Assembly: GCF_032116555.1 (NCBI RefSeq)
Contig: NZ_CP134949.1
Span: forward strand, 2,852,001-2,916,000
Reading direction: 5' to 3'
Length of the DNA: 64,000 nucleotides
Source: Halorarum halobium
Lineage (GTDB): Archaea > Halobacteriota > Halobacteria > Halobacteriales > Haloferacaceae
Below the pieces are notes generated by a model. It searched no databases and had not been told where the DNA came from. It saw only the letters and a list, made by a program, of their open reading frames with translations. Both the position numbers and the translations under genes were made by a program. Positions within the stretch are counted from its first letter, which is position 1. Each line of letters starts with the position of its first letter. Below, in pieces: positions 10,853 to 20,600 of this stretch.

Positions 10853-11729
10853 CGTAGTACGAGTAACTGTCAGTCACTCTGAACTGGACGTACATCAGCA
10901 CGCCGACGATGAGGAACAACACGACGGATTTCGTGGAGGCGACCCCGAAGTTGAAAAAGGAGAACGCCTCCTGATACAGGTCGAAGATCAGGACGTTCGT
11001 CGCGTTCGAGGGGCCCCCGCTCGTCAGGAGATCGACGAAGGCGAACGTGCTGAAGAAGGCGTAGATCGTGTTGATGATGACGAGGAAGAACAGCGTCGGC
11101 GTCATGATCGGCACGTAGACGAACACGAGCCGACTCAGTCCGCCCACGCCGTCGAGCGCCGCGGTTTCGGTGAGCGTGTCGGGGACGTTGTTCATCGCCG
11201 CGATCATGAAGATCACGTTGTAGCCGATCTGCTTCCAGATGGCCGCGAGCGCGACGACGACGAACGCCTGGGGTCCGTCGTTGAACCAGTCGACGTCGAC
11301 GCCGAGCGCCTCCACCGGACCGGTCAGGACGCCCAGCGTCGGGTGGGCGATGAAGAGGAACACGAGCGCGCCGACCGCGGGGGGGAGCGCGTACGGCCAG
11401 ATCACCGAGAGCAGATAGACGCCCTGTCCGGTGTCGACCTCGTGGATGAGAAACGTCAGATACAGCGAGACGGCGATGACGCCGACGACGACGACGGCAG
11501 CGAACACGATCGACACGAACAGGCTCGAGTGATACCCCGAGTCCGTCAACAGGGAGAGGTAGTTCTCGAGGCCCACGAACTCGTCCTCCTGACCGAACCC
11601 GGAGTTGAAGAAACTGGTTCGCACGGCGAGTGCCGTCGGGTAGTACAGGAACACGACCGAGACGAGCAGCGTCGGCAACAGCAGCAGCCCGGACTCGAGC
11701 CGACCGGTGAAAATTTCGCGTGTGGACAT
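10845..11729 (-). CDS. ugpA: Carbohydrate ABC permease (UgpA-like)
   Basis: FVGLENY, WKQIGYN, ETAALDG, PTLFFL. Confidence 0.88.
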   Translation of the reverse strand: MSTREIFTGRLESGLLLLPTLLVSVVFLYYPTALAVRTSFFNSGFGQEDEFVGLENYLSLLTDSGYHSSLFVSIVFAAVVVVGVIAVSLYLTFLIHEVDTGQGVYLLSVIWPYALPPAVGALVFLFIAHPTLGVLTGPVEALGVDVDWFNDGPQAFVVVALAAIWKQIGYNVIFMIAAMNNVPDTLTETAALDGVGGLSRLVFVYVPIMTPTLFFLVIINTIYAFFSTFAFVDLLTSGGPSNATNVLIFDLYQEAFSFFNFGVASTKSVVLFLIVGVLMYVQFRVTDSYSYYGA

Positions 11730-11747
11730 GCGTGTGGCTCCCGGTAG

Positions 11748-13103
11748 TCAGTCGTAGTACTCGCTCAACACGGCGTCGACCTCCGTTTTGAGCGCCTCGA
11801 TTTCGGCGTCGACGTCGGCGGCGTTCAGGATGTCGACCGACTTGTCCTGGATGACCGTCTGCACGTTGCGTGCCGGTCCGAGGAGCGCGCGTTTCGTCGC
11901 GGGATCGCTCGCGTCGCCGCTCTGGAGCTGTTCGAGCGCGACCCCGTACATCGGGTTCTCCTCGAACCACCCGTCCTCCCGGAGCGAGTCGACCGACGGT
12001 TGCGTGATCGGGTAGTAGCCCGATCCCTTGTGCCACTCGGTCTGGACCGCCGGCTGTGACATGTACTCGAGGAGCCGGCCGATCTCCCCGTACCGCTCCT
12101 CGGGCAACCCATCGGGGACGTAGAAGGAGGCGCCGCCGATCACCGGGCCGACGCGGGTCTCGCTGATGCTCGGGTACTGTGCCGCGCCGACCTCGAAGTC
12201 TTCCGAGTCGGCGATCAGCCCGGCGACCGAGGCCGTGCTGGTGAGCACCATCCCGACCTCCTGCTCGATGAACAGGGAGGTCGCCTCGCCCCAGGCCTCG
12301 ATTCCCGGGTTCGTGTAGAGGTCGTCGTCGGACATGCCTTTCCACCACTCGTAGAGGTCGTAGGTCGCCTGGGGGGTCCGGAACTCCGACGGCGTCCCGC
12401 CGTGGCCGTTCTCGCCGTCGGTCAGCAGTTCGCCCTCGAAGCCGTACCACGTCTCGACGAACCACACGTGGTTCGGCCAGGTGATGCCGTACTGGGTGAC
12501 GCCCTGGTCGACCAGCGACCGGGACGCGCTCCGGACCTCGGCCAGCGTTCGCGGCGGGTCGTCGGGGTCGAGACCGGCTTGCTCGAACGCGTCCCGGTTG
12601 ATGTACATGATCGCGTTCGAGTTGTTGAACGGCAGGGAGGCGAGTTCGCCGTCAACGGTGAAGAACTCCGCGACGTTGTCGAGGAACACGTCGGCGTCGA
12701 AGTCGTCCGGAAGGATCTCCTCGACGCGACGCACCTGTCCGGTGTCGAGCACCTGTTGGGCGAAGAGGCTGTCGACCTGAAGCATGTCCGAGACGTTCCC
12801 GGAGTCGAACGCGGACAGCGTGTTCGTCAGGACGTTCTCGTAGGAGTCCTGAAACTCCATGTTCACGCCGATTCCGGACTGATCCTCGAAGTCCGTGGCG
12901 ATCCGATCGAGGGTCTCGCCGTTCGTCCCGCCCATCGCGTGCCAGACCGTGAGGTCCTCCGCGATCGGGGAGAACTGTGAACTGCTGCCGCTGCTACCGC
13001 CGATACACCCCGCGAGTCCGGTCGCGGCGGCGAGCGCGGCTCCGGTCGTCGTGAGCGTGTTTCGCCGTGAGAGTCCAGCCGCCTGCTCGGAAGTTGGCGC
13101 CAT
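11748..13103 (-). CDS. ugpB: ABC substrate-binding lipoprotein (UgpB, sn-glycerol-3-phosphate type), Tat-exported
   Basis: SRRNTL Tat motif, LAGC lipobox, WHAMGG, LPFNNS, IGGASFY and WHKGSGYYP motifs. Confidence 0.87.
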   Translation of the reverse strand: MAPTSEQAAGLSRRNTLTTTGAALAAATGLAGCIGGSSGSSSQFSPIAEDLTVWHAMGGTNGETLDRIATDFEDQSGIGVNMEFQDSYENVLTNTLSAFDSGNVSDMLQVDSLFAQQVLDTGQVRRVEEILPDDFDADVFLDNVAEFFTVDGELASLPFNNSNAIMYINRDAFEQAGLDPDDPPRTLAEVRSASRSLVDQGVTQYGITWPNHVWFVETWYGFEGELLTDGENGHGGTPSEFRTPQATYDLYEWWKGMSDDDLYTNPGIEAWGEATSLFIEQEVGMVLTSTASVAGLIADSEDFEVGAAQYPSISETRVGPVIGGASFYVPDGLPEERYGEIGRLLEYMSQPAVQTEWHKGSGYYPITQPSVDSLREDGWFEENPMYGVALEQLQSGDASDPATKRALLGPARNVQTVIQDKSVDILNAADVDAEIEALKTEVDAVLSEYYD

Positions 13104-13476
13104 ACGTGTTCGACCATCCGGACGCCCAGGATAACTGTTGATAATAGCATTGCCGTGCAGTAGCGATCCCTCGGTGGGTATCCATACGGCTCTACGGGGT
13201 CCAGTGACGGTCACGAGTGCTGGGGCGATCACGGTGACCCGGACCCGTGCCGATGGGACTGGAACGTGGCGCGTCCAGTGATGGAGGAACCGGACCCACA
13301 CGACGGTCGCCGACTCGCTCGGAAGCGTCGAGTCGTCGCGGATGAGTCGCTCAACGCGGCTCTCAACGGGACAGTCCGCCCGATACAGGTGTCCTCAGTC
13401 CCGGAGGTAGCCGTCCCAAAGCACCCGCCGAGGGACCCAACGAGGTTATCGGCGTAGAACGCGAATCGGCAGGACC

Positions 13477-14136
13477 ATGAGTCTCATCGCCGAGTTCACC
13501 GTCGCAGCCGACAATTTTGCCCTCCGTGATGCACTGACCGCTGCCCCGGAGATGCTCATCGAGATCGAGGAGGTCGTGGCGACGATGGAGGACCGGGTCA
13601 TGCCGTACTTCTGGGTCAGCAACGGCGACCGAGCGGAGTTCGAATCGGCGCTCCGGGACGACGCGTCCGTCCAGAACATCACGCAGGTGGACGAACTGGA
13701 GAACGCCGTCCTCTATCGCGCCGAGTGGACGAGCAACGTCGAATCCGTCGTGTACGCCTACACCGAGGTCGGCGCGACGATCCTCCAGGCGACCGGGCAG
13801 GGTGACCAGTGGGAGCTGACGATGCGCTTCGACGACAACGACAGTCTCTCCCAGTTTCAGACGTATTGCCGTGACCACGAGATCGACTTCGACCTCACGC
13901 GCCTGACCGAACAGGACCAGCCGATGGCGAGTACCCAGTTCGGGCTCACCGCGACCCAGCGCGAAACGCTCGTGGCCGCACGCGACGCCGGCTACTACAG
14001 CGTCCCCCAGGAGGTGACCATGGACGACCTCGCGGCCGAACTCGGAATCTCCCGACAGGCGCTCTCGAAGCGATTACACTACGGCCATCACAATCTCATC
14101 ACGAGCACGCTCACCGTCGGGCAGCCGGACGAATAA
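13477..14136 (+). CDS. Bacterio-opsin-activator-type (HTH_10) transcriptional regulator
   Basis: C-terminal LTATQRETLVAARDAGYYSVPQEVTMDDLAAELGISRQALSKRL. Confidence 0.9.
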   Translation: MSLIAEFTVAADNFALRDALTAAPEMLIEIEEVVATMEDRVMPYFWVSNGDRAEFESALRDDASVQNITQVDELENAVLYRAEWTSNVESVVYAYTEVGATILQATGQGDQWELTMRFDDNDSLSQFQTYCRDHEIDFDLTRLTEQDQPMASTQFGLTATQRETLVAARDAGYYSVPQEVTMDDLAAELGISRQALSKRLHYGHHNLITSTLTVGQPDE

Positions 14137-14273
14137 GTTCACGTTGACACCCGTGGCGTCCGGCCGAACGAGTCCGTCGACTGCGAGCGGTCACCGAACC
14201 AGGTCCGGTCGTTGGTTTAATCGAGTGGAATATTCACCCGTACGTTCCAACCACGTGAGGACACTACCGGGAA

Positions 14274-14699
14274 ATGATGACATGCCAGACGAGGTTCCCC
14301 GGAGACGCTGACCGGATATACACGGCGCTTGGGAAGCAGCGGCGTCGGTCCGTCCTCTATACGCTCGTTCAGCAAGGCGGACGGGCGGAGATATCTCCCC
14401 CGGCACGGCGACTCGCAGCGGCGGAACAGCGGACGAGCGTCGCGGACGCGACCGAGGAGATGGTCACGCAGGTGGAACGCCAGCCGTATCACGTCCACCT
14501 CCCGAAACTGGACGACAATGGGTTCATTGGCTTCGATACGGACACGGGCGCGGTGACGCTCACCGAGAACGCCGGCCGGATTGCCGAACCGGTAGCGCTG
14601 GTGAGCGAACTGGAGGACACCGCCGAGCGCCTGGAGGGCTCGACCGAACAATCCCGGAAACGGGTGGGAACGGGAGCGGTGGAATCGAGCGATGAGTGA
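14274..14699 (+). CDS. Small haloarchaeal winged-helix protein (DUF7344-like)
   Basis: ALGKQRRRSVL...YHVHLPKLDDNGFIGFD motif. Confidence 0.75.
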   Translation: MMTCQTRFPGDADRIYTALGKQRRRSVLYTLVQQGGRAEISPPARRLAAAEQRTSVADATEEMVTQVERQPYHVHLPKLDDNGFIGFDTDTGAVTLTENAGRIAEPVALVSELEDTAERLEGSTEQSRKRVGTGAVESSDE

Positions 14700-14859
14700 G
14701 CGAGTGCTGGCACGGTGTGGGGACTGTGGGCGAGGGTACGCGGCGCGAATCCTCGACGACGGGACGCTCCACGTGATGGGCGGGATAAGCGACTGCCGCT
14801 GTGGGTCCGACGCGTTCACGCAGGCGACGGTGAGTTTGGAGCGGCGCGACCCAGCCTAG
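14692..14859 (+). CDS. 55-aa zinc-finger microprotein
   Basis: Manual translation MSERVLARCGDCGRGYAARILDDGTLHVMGGISDCRCGSDAF...; ATG overlaps the upstream stop; absent from the ORF track. Confidence 0.7.
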   Translation: MSERVLARCGDCGRGYAARILDDGTLHVMGGISDCRCGSDAFTQATVSLERRDPA

Positions 14860-15200
14860 CGGGCGATACGCAGTTCCCCCGAACGGCTGTTTCATGGCCC
14901 GTCATAGATCAAGAAGAGGAGCTCACCAGGGCGACTACTCCGCTCGTTCGGCCGAGCGGGACGGGTCAGTCGGTGGGACCGACGAGCACCGCCCGCTCTA
15001 GCTTGCATCGGTAGAACGTTCGAGTCGGGGAGTTACCGATGCACCGGTACGGTATCGAAGAAAGAGCGGCTCTGTTGAAACCCGATCGGTCAGACGCTAT
15101 TTGCGGTGAAACAACCGTAGATAGGGTTGCGAGTTGACCGATGGCCTCGTCCAATCGGGCGGGGACACACTACCGTTGTCCGGGATTCGGCCGACAGCGG

Positions 15201-15473
15201 TTACGTGACCTGGACGAACTCCGCGGTGCCGCTCTGCTCGACGGTAATACGGTAGCCGCTGTACGTGAATTCGACCGTCATCTGTGCCTCCGGTGACGGC
15301 GGATTCGAATACAGCGCCGAGATCATCCCGTCGATGCAGTCGTAGGTCGGTGTCAATTCGTCTGTTTGCGTTCCCTCAAGGTCGGCGATTACTTCCGCTA
15401 TCGCAACAGCCGGGTCCTCCCTGTCGGTGTTCAGTTTCCGGTGAACGATCTCGTCGTCGTGGGTTTCTGTCAT
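15201..15473 (-). CDS. HalOD1 output-domain protein
   Basis: PAVAIAEVIADLEG..LTPTYDCID...VEFTYSGYRITVEQSG. Confidence 0.85.
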   Translation of the reverse strand: MTETHDDEIVHRKLNTDREDPAVAIAEVIADLEGTQTDELTPTYDCIDGMISALYSNPPSPEAQMTVEFTYSGYRITVEQSGTAEFVQVT

Positions 15474-15528
15474 AGTATCTCTATAGTTCGGCCTCGTGGA
15501 CGGAGTTGATGTGGTCGAAGCGCTGTTC

Positions 15529-15885
15529 TCAATCGCCCGCGGCGGGCGGTGCATAGCCGTCAATACGTGCCGCTTGGTCGATGAACTGGCCGTGCCCATT
15601 TACCCCGCCGAGTTCGATCGATTGCCTATCCTGGGCAACCGTAATGAGGCCAGCATCGGCAAGTTTCGGGAGGTGCATATGACGAAGTTGTACCTCGATG
15701 GTAGCACTACTGGTGTTCTGGCTCGCTTCGGGTTGGCCGGGATCCCAGTTGGCGAGTGAAGCCGCCAGCGTGTCGAAATCCACGGCCTCGGACTCCCGGG
15801 TCAGGTGATACAGGACGTAGCGTCGATACGGATGCGTCAAGAGGTCGAACATCTCGTTCAGCCCCGTTTTGGGTTGTGCTTCCAC
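15529..15885 (-). CDS. Small winged-helix protein (DUF7344-like)
   Basis: FDLLTHPYRRYVLYHL...LRHMHLPKLADAGLI. Confidence 0.82.
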   Translation of the reverse strand: MEAQPKTGLNEMFDLLTHPYRRYVLYHLTRESEAVDFDTLAASLANWDPGQPEASQNTSSATIEVQLRHMHLPKLADAGLITVAQDRQSIELGGVNGHGQFIDQAARIDGYAPPAAGD

Positions 15886-16059
15886 ACCGATCTTCTGGTC
15901 CAGACCACCGTTACATCTTTTTTAGATAATTCTAAGTATTTGATAATCCAGGCAGGAGCGGCTGTTTGCTTTACTTTCCCAAGCACAACAGAGCGGACAG
16001 TCGGGCCACCTCCAGTATGAATACAGTACTCCAACTATTGCTGTCCTTCCCGCCGGTGG

Positions 16060-16517
16060 CTACCCCTCGGCCGAACCGATTTCCTCGGGCGCATCGGCGT
16101 CCTCTCCGGCGAACTCCTGATGGAAGTGATTCCACGGTTGGATGTGTTCTTCTGCCAGAATGTTGCTACTCACGATTCGCAGGCCGAGGTCGTCTAACTG
16201 GTCGGTACTTTCCTCGATCTCGGAGGTCGATTCGGCGACGACCTCGACGTGGATGTTCTCCTCGCCGGACAGCATCTCCCGGGCGTTGACGACACCCCGA
16301 ACGTCGAGGGCTTCCTCCGCCATCTCCGACCGACGGGAGAGTTCCGGATTGTATCCAAGGATGATCCCGTCCTCCTCCAGTTGCGTGATTCGGTTGTGGA
16401 TGGTCGTTCCGGTTACTCTGTTTCCTCCGCAATGTCCGTGTCGGAGGCCCCCCGGGCGTCCACCTGCAACAGGTGCAGGATGCGGCGATCGAGGTTGTTG
16501 ATGGGGGTATCGCTCAT
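16060..16517 (-). pseudogene. Lrp/AsnC-family regulator, frameshifted and internally deleted
   Basis: MSDTPINNLDRRILHLLQVDAR...IAEET hits a stop (ACAGAGTAA) and resumes in another frame as TIHNRITQLEEDGIILGYNPE; segment before the AsnC domain looks shortened. Confidence 0.8.
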
Positions 16518-16710
16518 GACGGTCTTTTCGTTGCCGAGTCAGTTGAATCGCTCGCCCGGACGGGACGCGCGTGGAGTCCCCCCTCTGGACGAATCACACA
16601 CTCGTTGGACTGTATCACTGGTTGGGGATTTCAACAGAGCCGGTGAGGGTACCCGTCGGCGACGGTGAATGAGACAATACATCTTTTCAGCGGCCGCTCG
16701 TATCGTGGCC

Positions 16711-17358
16711 ATGGCAATTGAGGCGACGTTCACTGCGACTGACGGTGAGTTTCCACTGGCTGCGGTCTTCTCGGAGTTTCCCGCCGCCGAAATCGAACTG
16801 GACCGCGTCGTTCCGACGGATGAGTTTCTCATCCCGTATTTCTGGGTTCGAGATATCGAAATCGAGAACATCTCGATGGAGAACGTCGCGCACCCGGGCA
16901 TCCACGATATTCGGGTGGTCGATACCGTGGATGGAGCGGCGTTTCTTCGTATCGACTGGGACTTGGCGTACGAGAGCGTCTTAACCGCAATCATCGAAAC
17001 CAACGTAACGCTCATCTCCGCGCTCGGGAGCCAAACCCAGTGGTCGTTCGAATTTCGGGCTGAATCACAACAGGATCTCGCCGACTTCCAGTCGTACTGC
17101 CGAGACCACGACATTCCTCTTGAGCTTACGAAGCTTCACGCGCTCTCGCCGTTAGCATCGGGCCAGGAGTACGATCTGACCGATGCACAACGAGAAGCAA
17201 TGACGGTCGCGTACACGCTGGGCTATTTTGAGTCTCCGCGAGAGGCGACTCGGCAGGACGTAGCGAACGAACTGGGGATTTCACCGCAGGCTGTTGGGTC
17301 TCGGCTTCAGAGAGGGACTCGACGATTAATCGCAAGCACGCTCATGCGACTTAAATAG
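16711..17358 (+). CDS. Bacterio-opsin-activator-type (HTH_10) regulator
   Basis: LTDAQREAMTVAYTLGYFESPREATRQDVANELGISPQAVGSRLQRG. Confidence 0.9.
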   Translation: MAIEATFTATDGEFPLAAVFSEFPAAEIELDRVVPTDEFLIPYFWVRDIEIENISMENVAHPGIHDIRVVDTVDGAAFLRIDWDLAYESVLTAIIETNVTLISALGSQTQWSFEFRAESQQDLADFQSYCRDHDIPLELTKLHALSPLASGQEYDLTDAQREAMTVAYTLGYFESPREATRQDVANELGISPQAVGSRLQRGTRRLIASTLMRLK

Positions 17359-17455
17359 TAATATATAAATATATTTCTAATGAAAAGGTTAGAAACATCC
17401 TACTGGCTCTCGTAGTTGGAGTATGGAACGCGGTCTCAGAGGTAGACCTCAAGCG

Positions 17456-18253
17456 ATGACTATGGAGCCACCCTTGTCATCCCAGCAATCCGAGGCAGGT
17501 CCGTTACGCGTCCTTCACGTCGATGACGAGCCTGATCTCTCGGAGCTAGTCGGTATTTTCCTGGAGCGTGAAGACGAACGATTCGCTGTCCAGACGGCGA
17601 CCAGCGCCAGTGAGGGCTTGGACCGACTTTCCCAGCAGGCGTTCGACTGCGTTGTCTCCGATTACGACATGCCCGGCTGTAATGGCATCGAGTTCCTTGC
17701 GGAGGTTCGAGAAGAGTATCCCGATCTCCCGTTCATACTATTCACTGGGAAAGGCACCGAGGAAGTTGCGAGCGACGCGATTTCAGCAGGCGTTACCGAA
17801 TACCTTCAAAAGGAAATGGGCACGGATCAATATACCGTGCTGGCCAATACCGTTTCGAACGCGATCGACCATTACCGGTCCCTCCAGATGGTCGGACAAC
17901 GCGAGCAACAGTTCCGGGAAGTCATCGAACGCGTAACGGATGCCATCGTCGAGGTGGATTCGAATTGGTGTTTCACTCTCGTCAATCAGCAGGCTGAGGA
18001 CCTCTACGAGATGGACGAGGAGTACCTTCTCGGTCGGGACTTCTGGGAGGTCTTCAACGAGGCGCTCGACACTCGATTCGAAGCGGAGTATCGACAGGTC
18101 ATGGAATCACGAGAACCCGCCTCGTCCGTCGAATACTTCTCCCAGCTCGACGGTTGGTTCGACATCGAGGCGTATCCAGCGCACAACGGCGGCATCACGT
18201 TCTATTTCGTCAACGTCCCGAAACCGCGAGACCATCCACCAGCGGCTGAGTGA
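17456..18253 (+). CDS. Response regulator receiver + PAS domain protein
   Basis: VLHVDDE, VSDYDMP, ILFTGKG and YLQK REC motifs, followed by one PAS domain; no kinase or DNA-binding output domain. Confidence 0.88.
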   Translation: MTMEPPLSSQQSEAGPLRVLHVDDEPDLSELVGIFLEREDERFAVQTATSASEGLDRLSQQAFDCVVSDYDMPGCNGIEFLAEVREEYPDLPFILFTGKGTEEVASDAISAGVTEYLQKEMGTDQYTVLANTVSNAIDHYRSLQMVGQREQQFREVIERVTDAIVEVDSNWCFTLVNQQAEDLYEMDEEYLLGRDFWEVFNEALDTRFEAEYRQVMESREPASSVEYFSQLDGWFDIEAYPAHNGGITFYFVNVPKPRDHPPAAE

Positions 18254-18572
18254 TGTACCGGAACCGGTGCTTTGGGGTTCGACCGCGCCGCCGGACACGG
18301 GGCTGGAACCACTCTCGTTACGCGAGAGACTCCCGAGTCGCAACCGAGAGATACGTTCCCCCGAAACGTCCCCCAAACCTGACGATGGCGACCGGGAACA
18401 CCCCGAGGATGCCGAGCGTCCGACAGCCGAGGAGTCCCCCGCGGGGGACCCATCCGCAGCGGAGTTGTTTTTCCTCCACGAACGAGGGAGGCGACGTTCC
18501 GGATACGTTCATCGTCGAAAGTACGTTCGGTGACTCCACAACGTTCTTCATCGTGGCCCGAGGGGTCCCGCT

Positions 18573-19355
18573 ATGGCAGTCATCAAGGCCCTCCGACGGT
18601 CCCCCGGCGCGCTCCTCGGGACGCCCGGACTCGTCGTCCCGGCGATCGTGCTGTTCCTGTTTCAGGTCCCCCAGCTCGTCCTGCAGTCGAGTCACCCCTT
18701 GCTCGCCTCCCTCGTGTCGCTCGGGGGATCGCTCCTCCTCCTCGTGTTCGTCCCGTTCTTCCAGGGCGGGATGGTCGGCATGGCCGACGAGGCGCTCGAC
18801 GGGCGGAGTTCGCTCGGCACGTTTCTCGCGGCCGGGAAGGCCAACTACCTCCAGATCCTCATCGCGTACGTCCTGATCCTGGTGGTGAACGCCGTCCTCG
18901 GCGGCATCCTGTTCGTCGCCGGGTTCGGGGCGCTGCTCTCGGGAGTGCTCGAACTCGGGACGGCGGCGCTCGCCGTGCTCGGGATCGTCGCCGCGGTCGT
19001 GGCCCTCGTCTACCTGCTGATCGCCTTCTTCATCCAGTTTTACGCCCAGGCGATCGTCCTCGAGGGCGACTCGGCGATCGAGGGGCTCAAGCGGAGCTAC
19101 GGCGTCGTGCGGTCGAACCTGCTCGCCACGGCCGGCTACATGGTCGTGGCGTTCCTCGTCAGCGGGGTGCTCGGCGTCGTGTTCGGCGGGCTGTCGCTAC
19201 TGACCACGCCCGAAACGGCCACGACGCTCGGACTCCCCGCGCTCTCGACGGGCGCGATACTCGCCGTGGCGCTGGCGATGACGGTCGTCGGGGCCGCCAT
19301 CTCCGCGTTCCTCCTCGTCTACTCGGTCGCCTTCTACCGGCTCATCGCCCGCTGA
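18573..19355 (+). CDS. Conserved haloarchaeal multi-TM membrane protein
   Basis: About six hydrophobic segments; QFYAQAIVLE..AIEGLKRS motif; host-like codon usage. Confidence 0.8.
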   Translation: MAVIKALRRSPGALLGTPGLVVPAIVLFLFQVPQLVLQSSHPLLASLVSLGGSLLLLVFVPFFQGGMVGMADEALDGRSSLGTFLAAGKANYLQILIAYVLILVVNAVLGGILFVAGFGALLSGVLELGTAALAVLGIVAAVVALVYLLIAFFIQFYAQAIVLEGDSAIEGLKRSYGVVRSNLLATAGYMVVAFLVSGVLGVVFGGLSLLTTPETATTLGLPALSTGAILAVALAMTVVGAAISAFLLVYSVAFYRLIAR

Positions 19356-19668
19356 GCGGCGGCGGGGTCGAGACGGCGTGTTTCCGACGCGCTGGGTTCG
19401 GTGGTCGCCAGCCGTCTGAACAGCCATGCTGGCGCTCATGGTGATGTTCTGACTCCGAGGGCGATGGGTTGTCACGATACCAGCCGCGTTATCGACTGGC
19501 GGACGATGATCGGATCGGCATCGATGAGGCGAGCAGTCCGGTCGTGAATCGCCTCGAGGTCAAGCCCCGAGGCACTCGCCTTGCTTATCCGTAGAGTCTC
19601 TTTTACGAAGACATTCATTGGACGCACCTCCATCAAAACATTTGATTTTTGACTTGATTTAGTTTCTC

Positions 19669-19766
19669 TGTTCGCTGAGCGGTTTACACCGCGACTTTCA
19701 CCGAACTAGTTCTCAGCGAACACCTTTATCACTGCTGGATTTAGACTCTATGTACGCTGAGCGGCT
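19669..19766 (+). promoter_or_regulatory. AbiE promoter with operator-like repeats
   Basis: TGTTCGCTGAG (19669-19679) / CTCAGCGAACA (19712-19722) perfect inverted repeat; third copy at 19751; TTTATCA TATA-like box at 19725. Confidence 0.6.
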
Positions 19767-20600
19767 ATGGAGTCAACAAACGAAGAAGAGACTCTACGAA
19801 AGGGCCTGTCGACGCGTGAGTCGCAGGCACTGTCACGGCTCGCAAGCGAGGATCGGCGGGTCATCAGCAGTAGTGACATCGCGGACGTCCTCGACATCCC
19901 TCGGAAGTCGGCCACGGACATGGCGTATGCCCTCAAGGAGAAAGGCTGGCTTGAGCGGATCGTGCACGGGACGTACCTCATTCTGCCGCTCGCTGCCGGC
20001 GAGAACCCCGTGTATACCGAACACGAGTTCGTGATCGCGTCTGCACTCGTGGAGCCGATGTACATCGGGTACTGGAGTGCGATGAATCATCACGAACTGA
20101 CGGAGCAGCTGTCCCGGACGGTGTACGTCGTGACGACAGCGCGCGCCCGAGAGCGTGACATCCACGGGGTCACGTATCGTCCGGTGTCGGTCACGGAGCA
20201 GAAGTTCTTCGGCTATCAACCGACGGCGGTCGGGTCGAACCAGGTGAACATTTCGAGTGTCGAAAAGACGCTGGTCGATTGCGCCGATCATCCGGAGTTC
20301 TGCGGGGGTATCAGCGAGCTTGCGAAGGCGATGCAGAACGCTGGCAACATGCGATGTTCGTGGGAACGCGTCGTCGAGTATCTGCGGCGAGTTGGAAACG
20401 GTGCCGCAACGAAACGACTCGTGTATCTCGCCGACCAGTTGGACATCTACCTTCCGGAGTACCGGGACCTCGTCGAGAACTTCACGACGGGATACCCGCT
20501 GCTCGATCCGACGAGGGAAGCGACGGGGACCCGCGACAGCACGTATCAACTCCGTCTGAACGTTGCCCCCGAATCGTTCCTCCCTGGTGACTTCTCATGA
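19767..20600 (+). CDS. abiEi: Type IV TA antitoxin, AbiEi family
   Basis: N-terminal wHTH (LKEKGWLERIVHGTY), YIGYWSAMNHHELTEQ, SSVEKTLVDC. Confidence 0.9.
   Translation: MESTNEEETLRKGLSTRESQALSRLASEDRRVISSSDIADVLDIPRKSATDMAYALKEKGWLERIVHGTYLILPLAAGENPVYTEHEFVIASALVEPMYIGYWSAMNHHELTEQLSRTVYVVTTARARERDIHGVTYRPVSVTEQKFFGYQPTAVGSNQVNISSVEKTLVDCADHPEFCGGISELAKAMQNAGNMRCSWERVVEYLRRVGNGAATKRLVYLADQLDIYLPEYRDLVENFTTGYPLLDPTREATGTRDSTYQLRLNVAPESFLPGDFS

Larger units (their letters stand above)
15067..16642. mobile_element. Segment bounded by IS5/ISH-like terminal inverted repeats, no transposase
   Basis: CGGCTCTGTTGAAA (15067-15080) and TTTCAACAGAGCCG (16629-16642) form a perfect 14-bp inverted repeat resembling the TIR of the IS at 35933. 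Confidence 0.5.
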
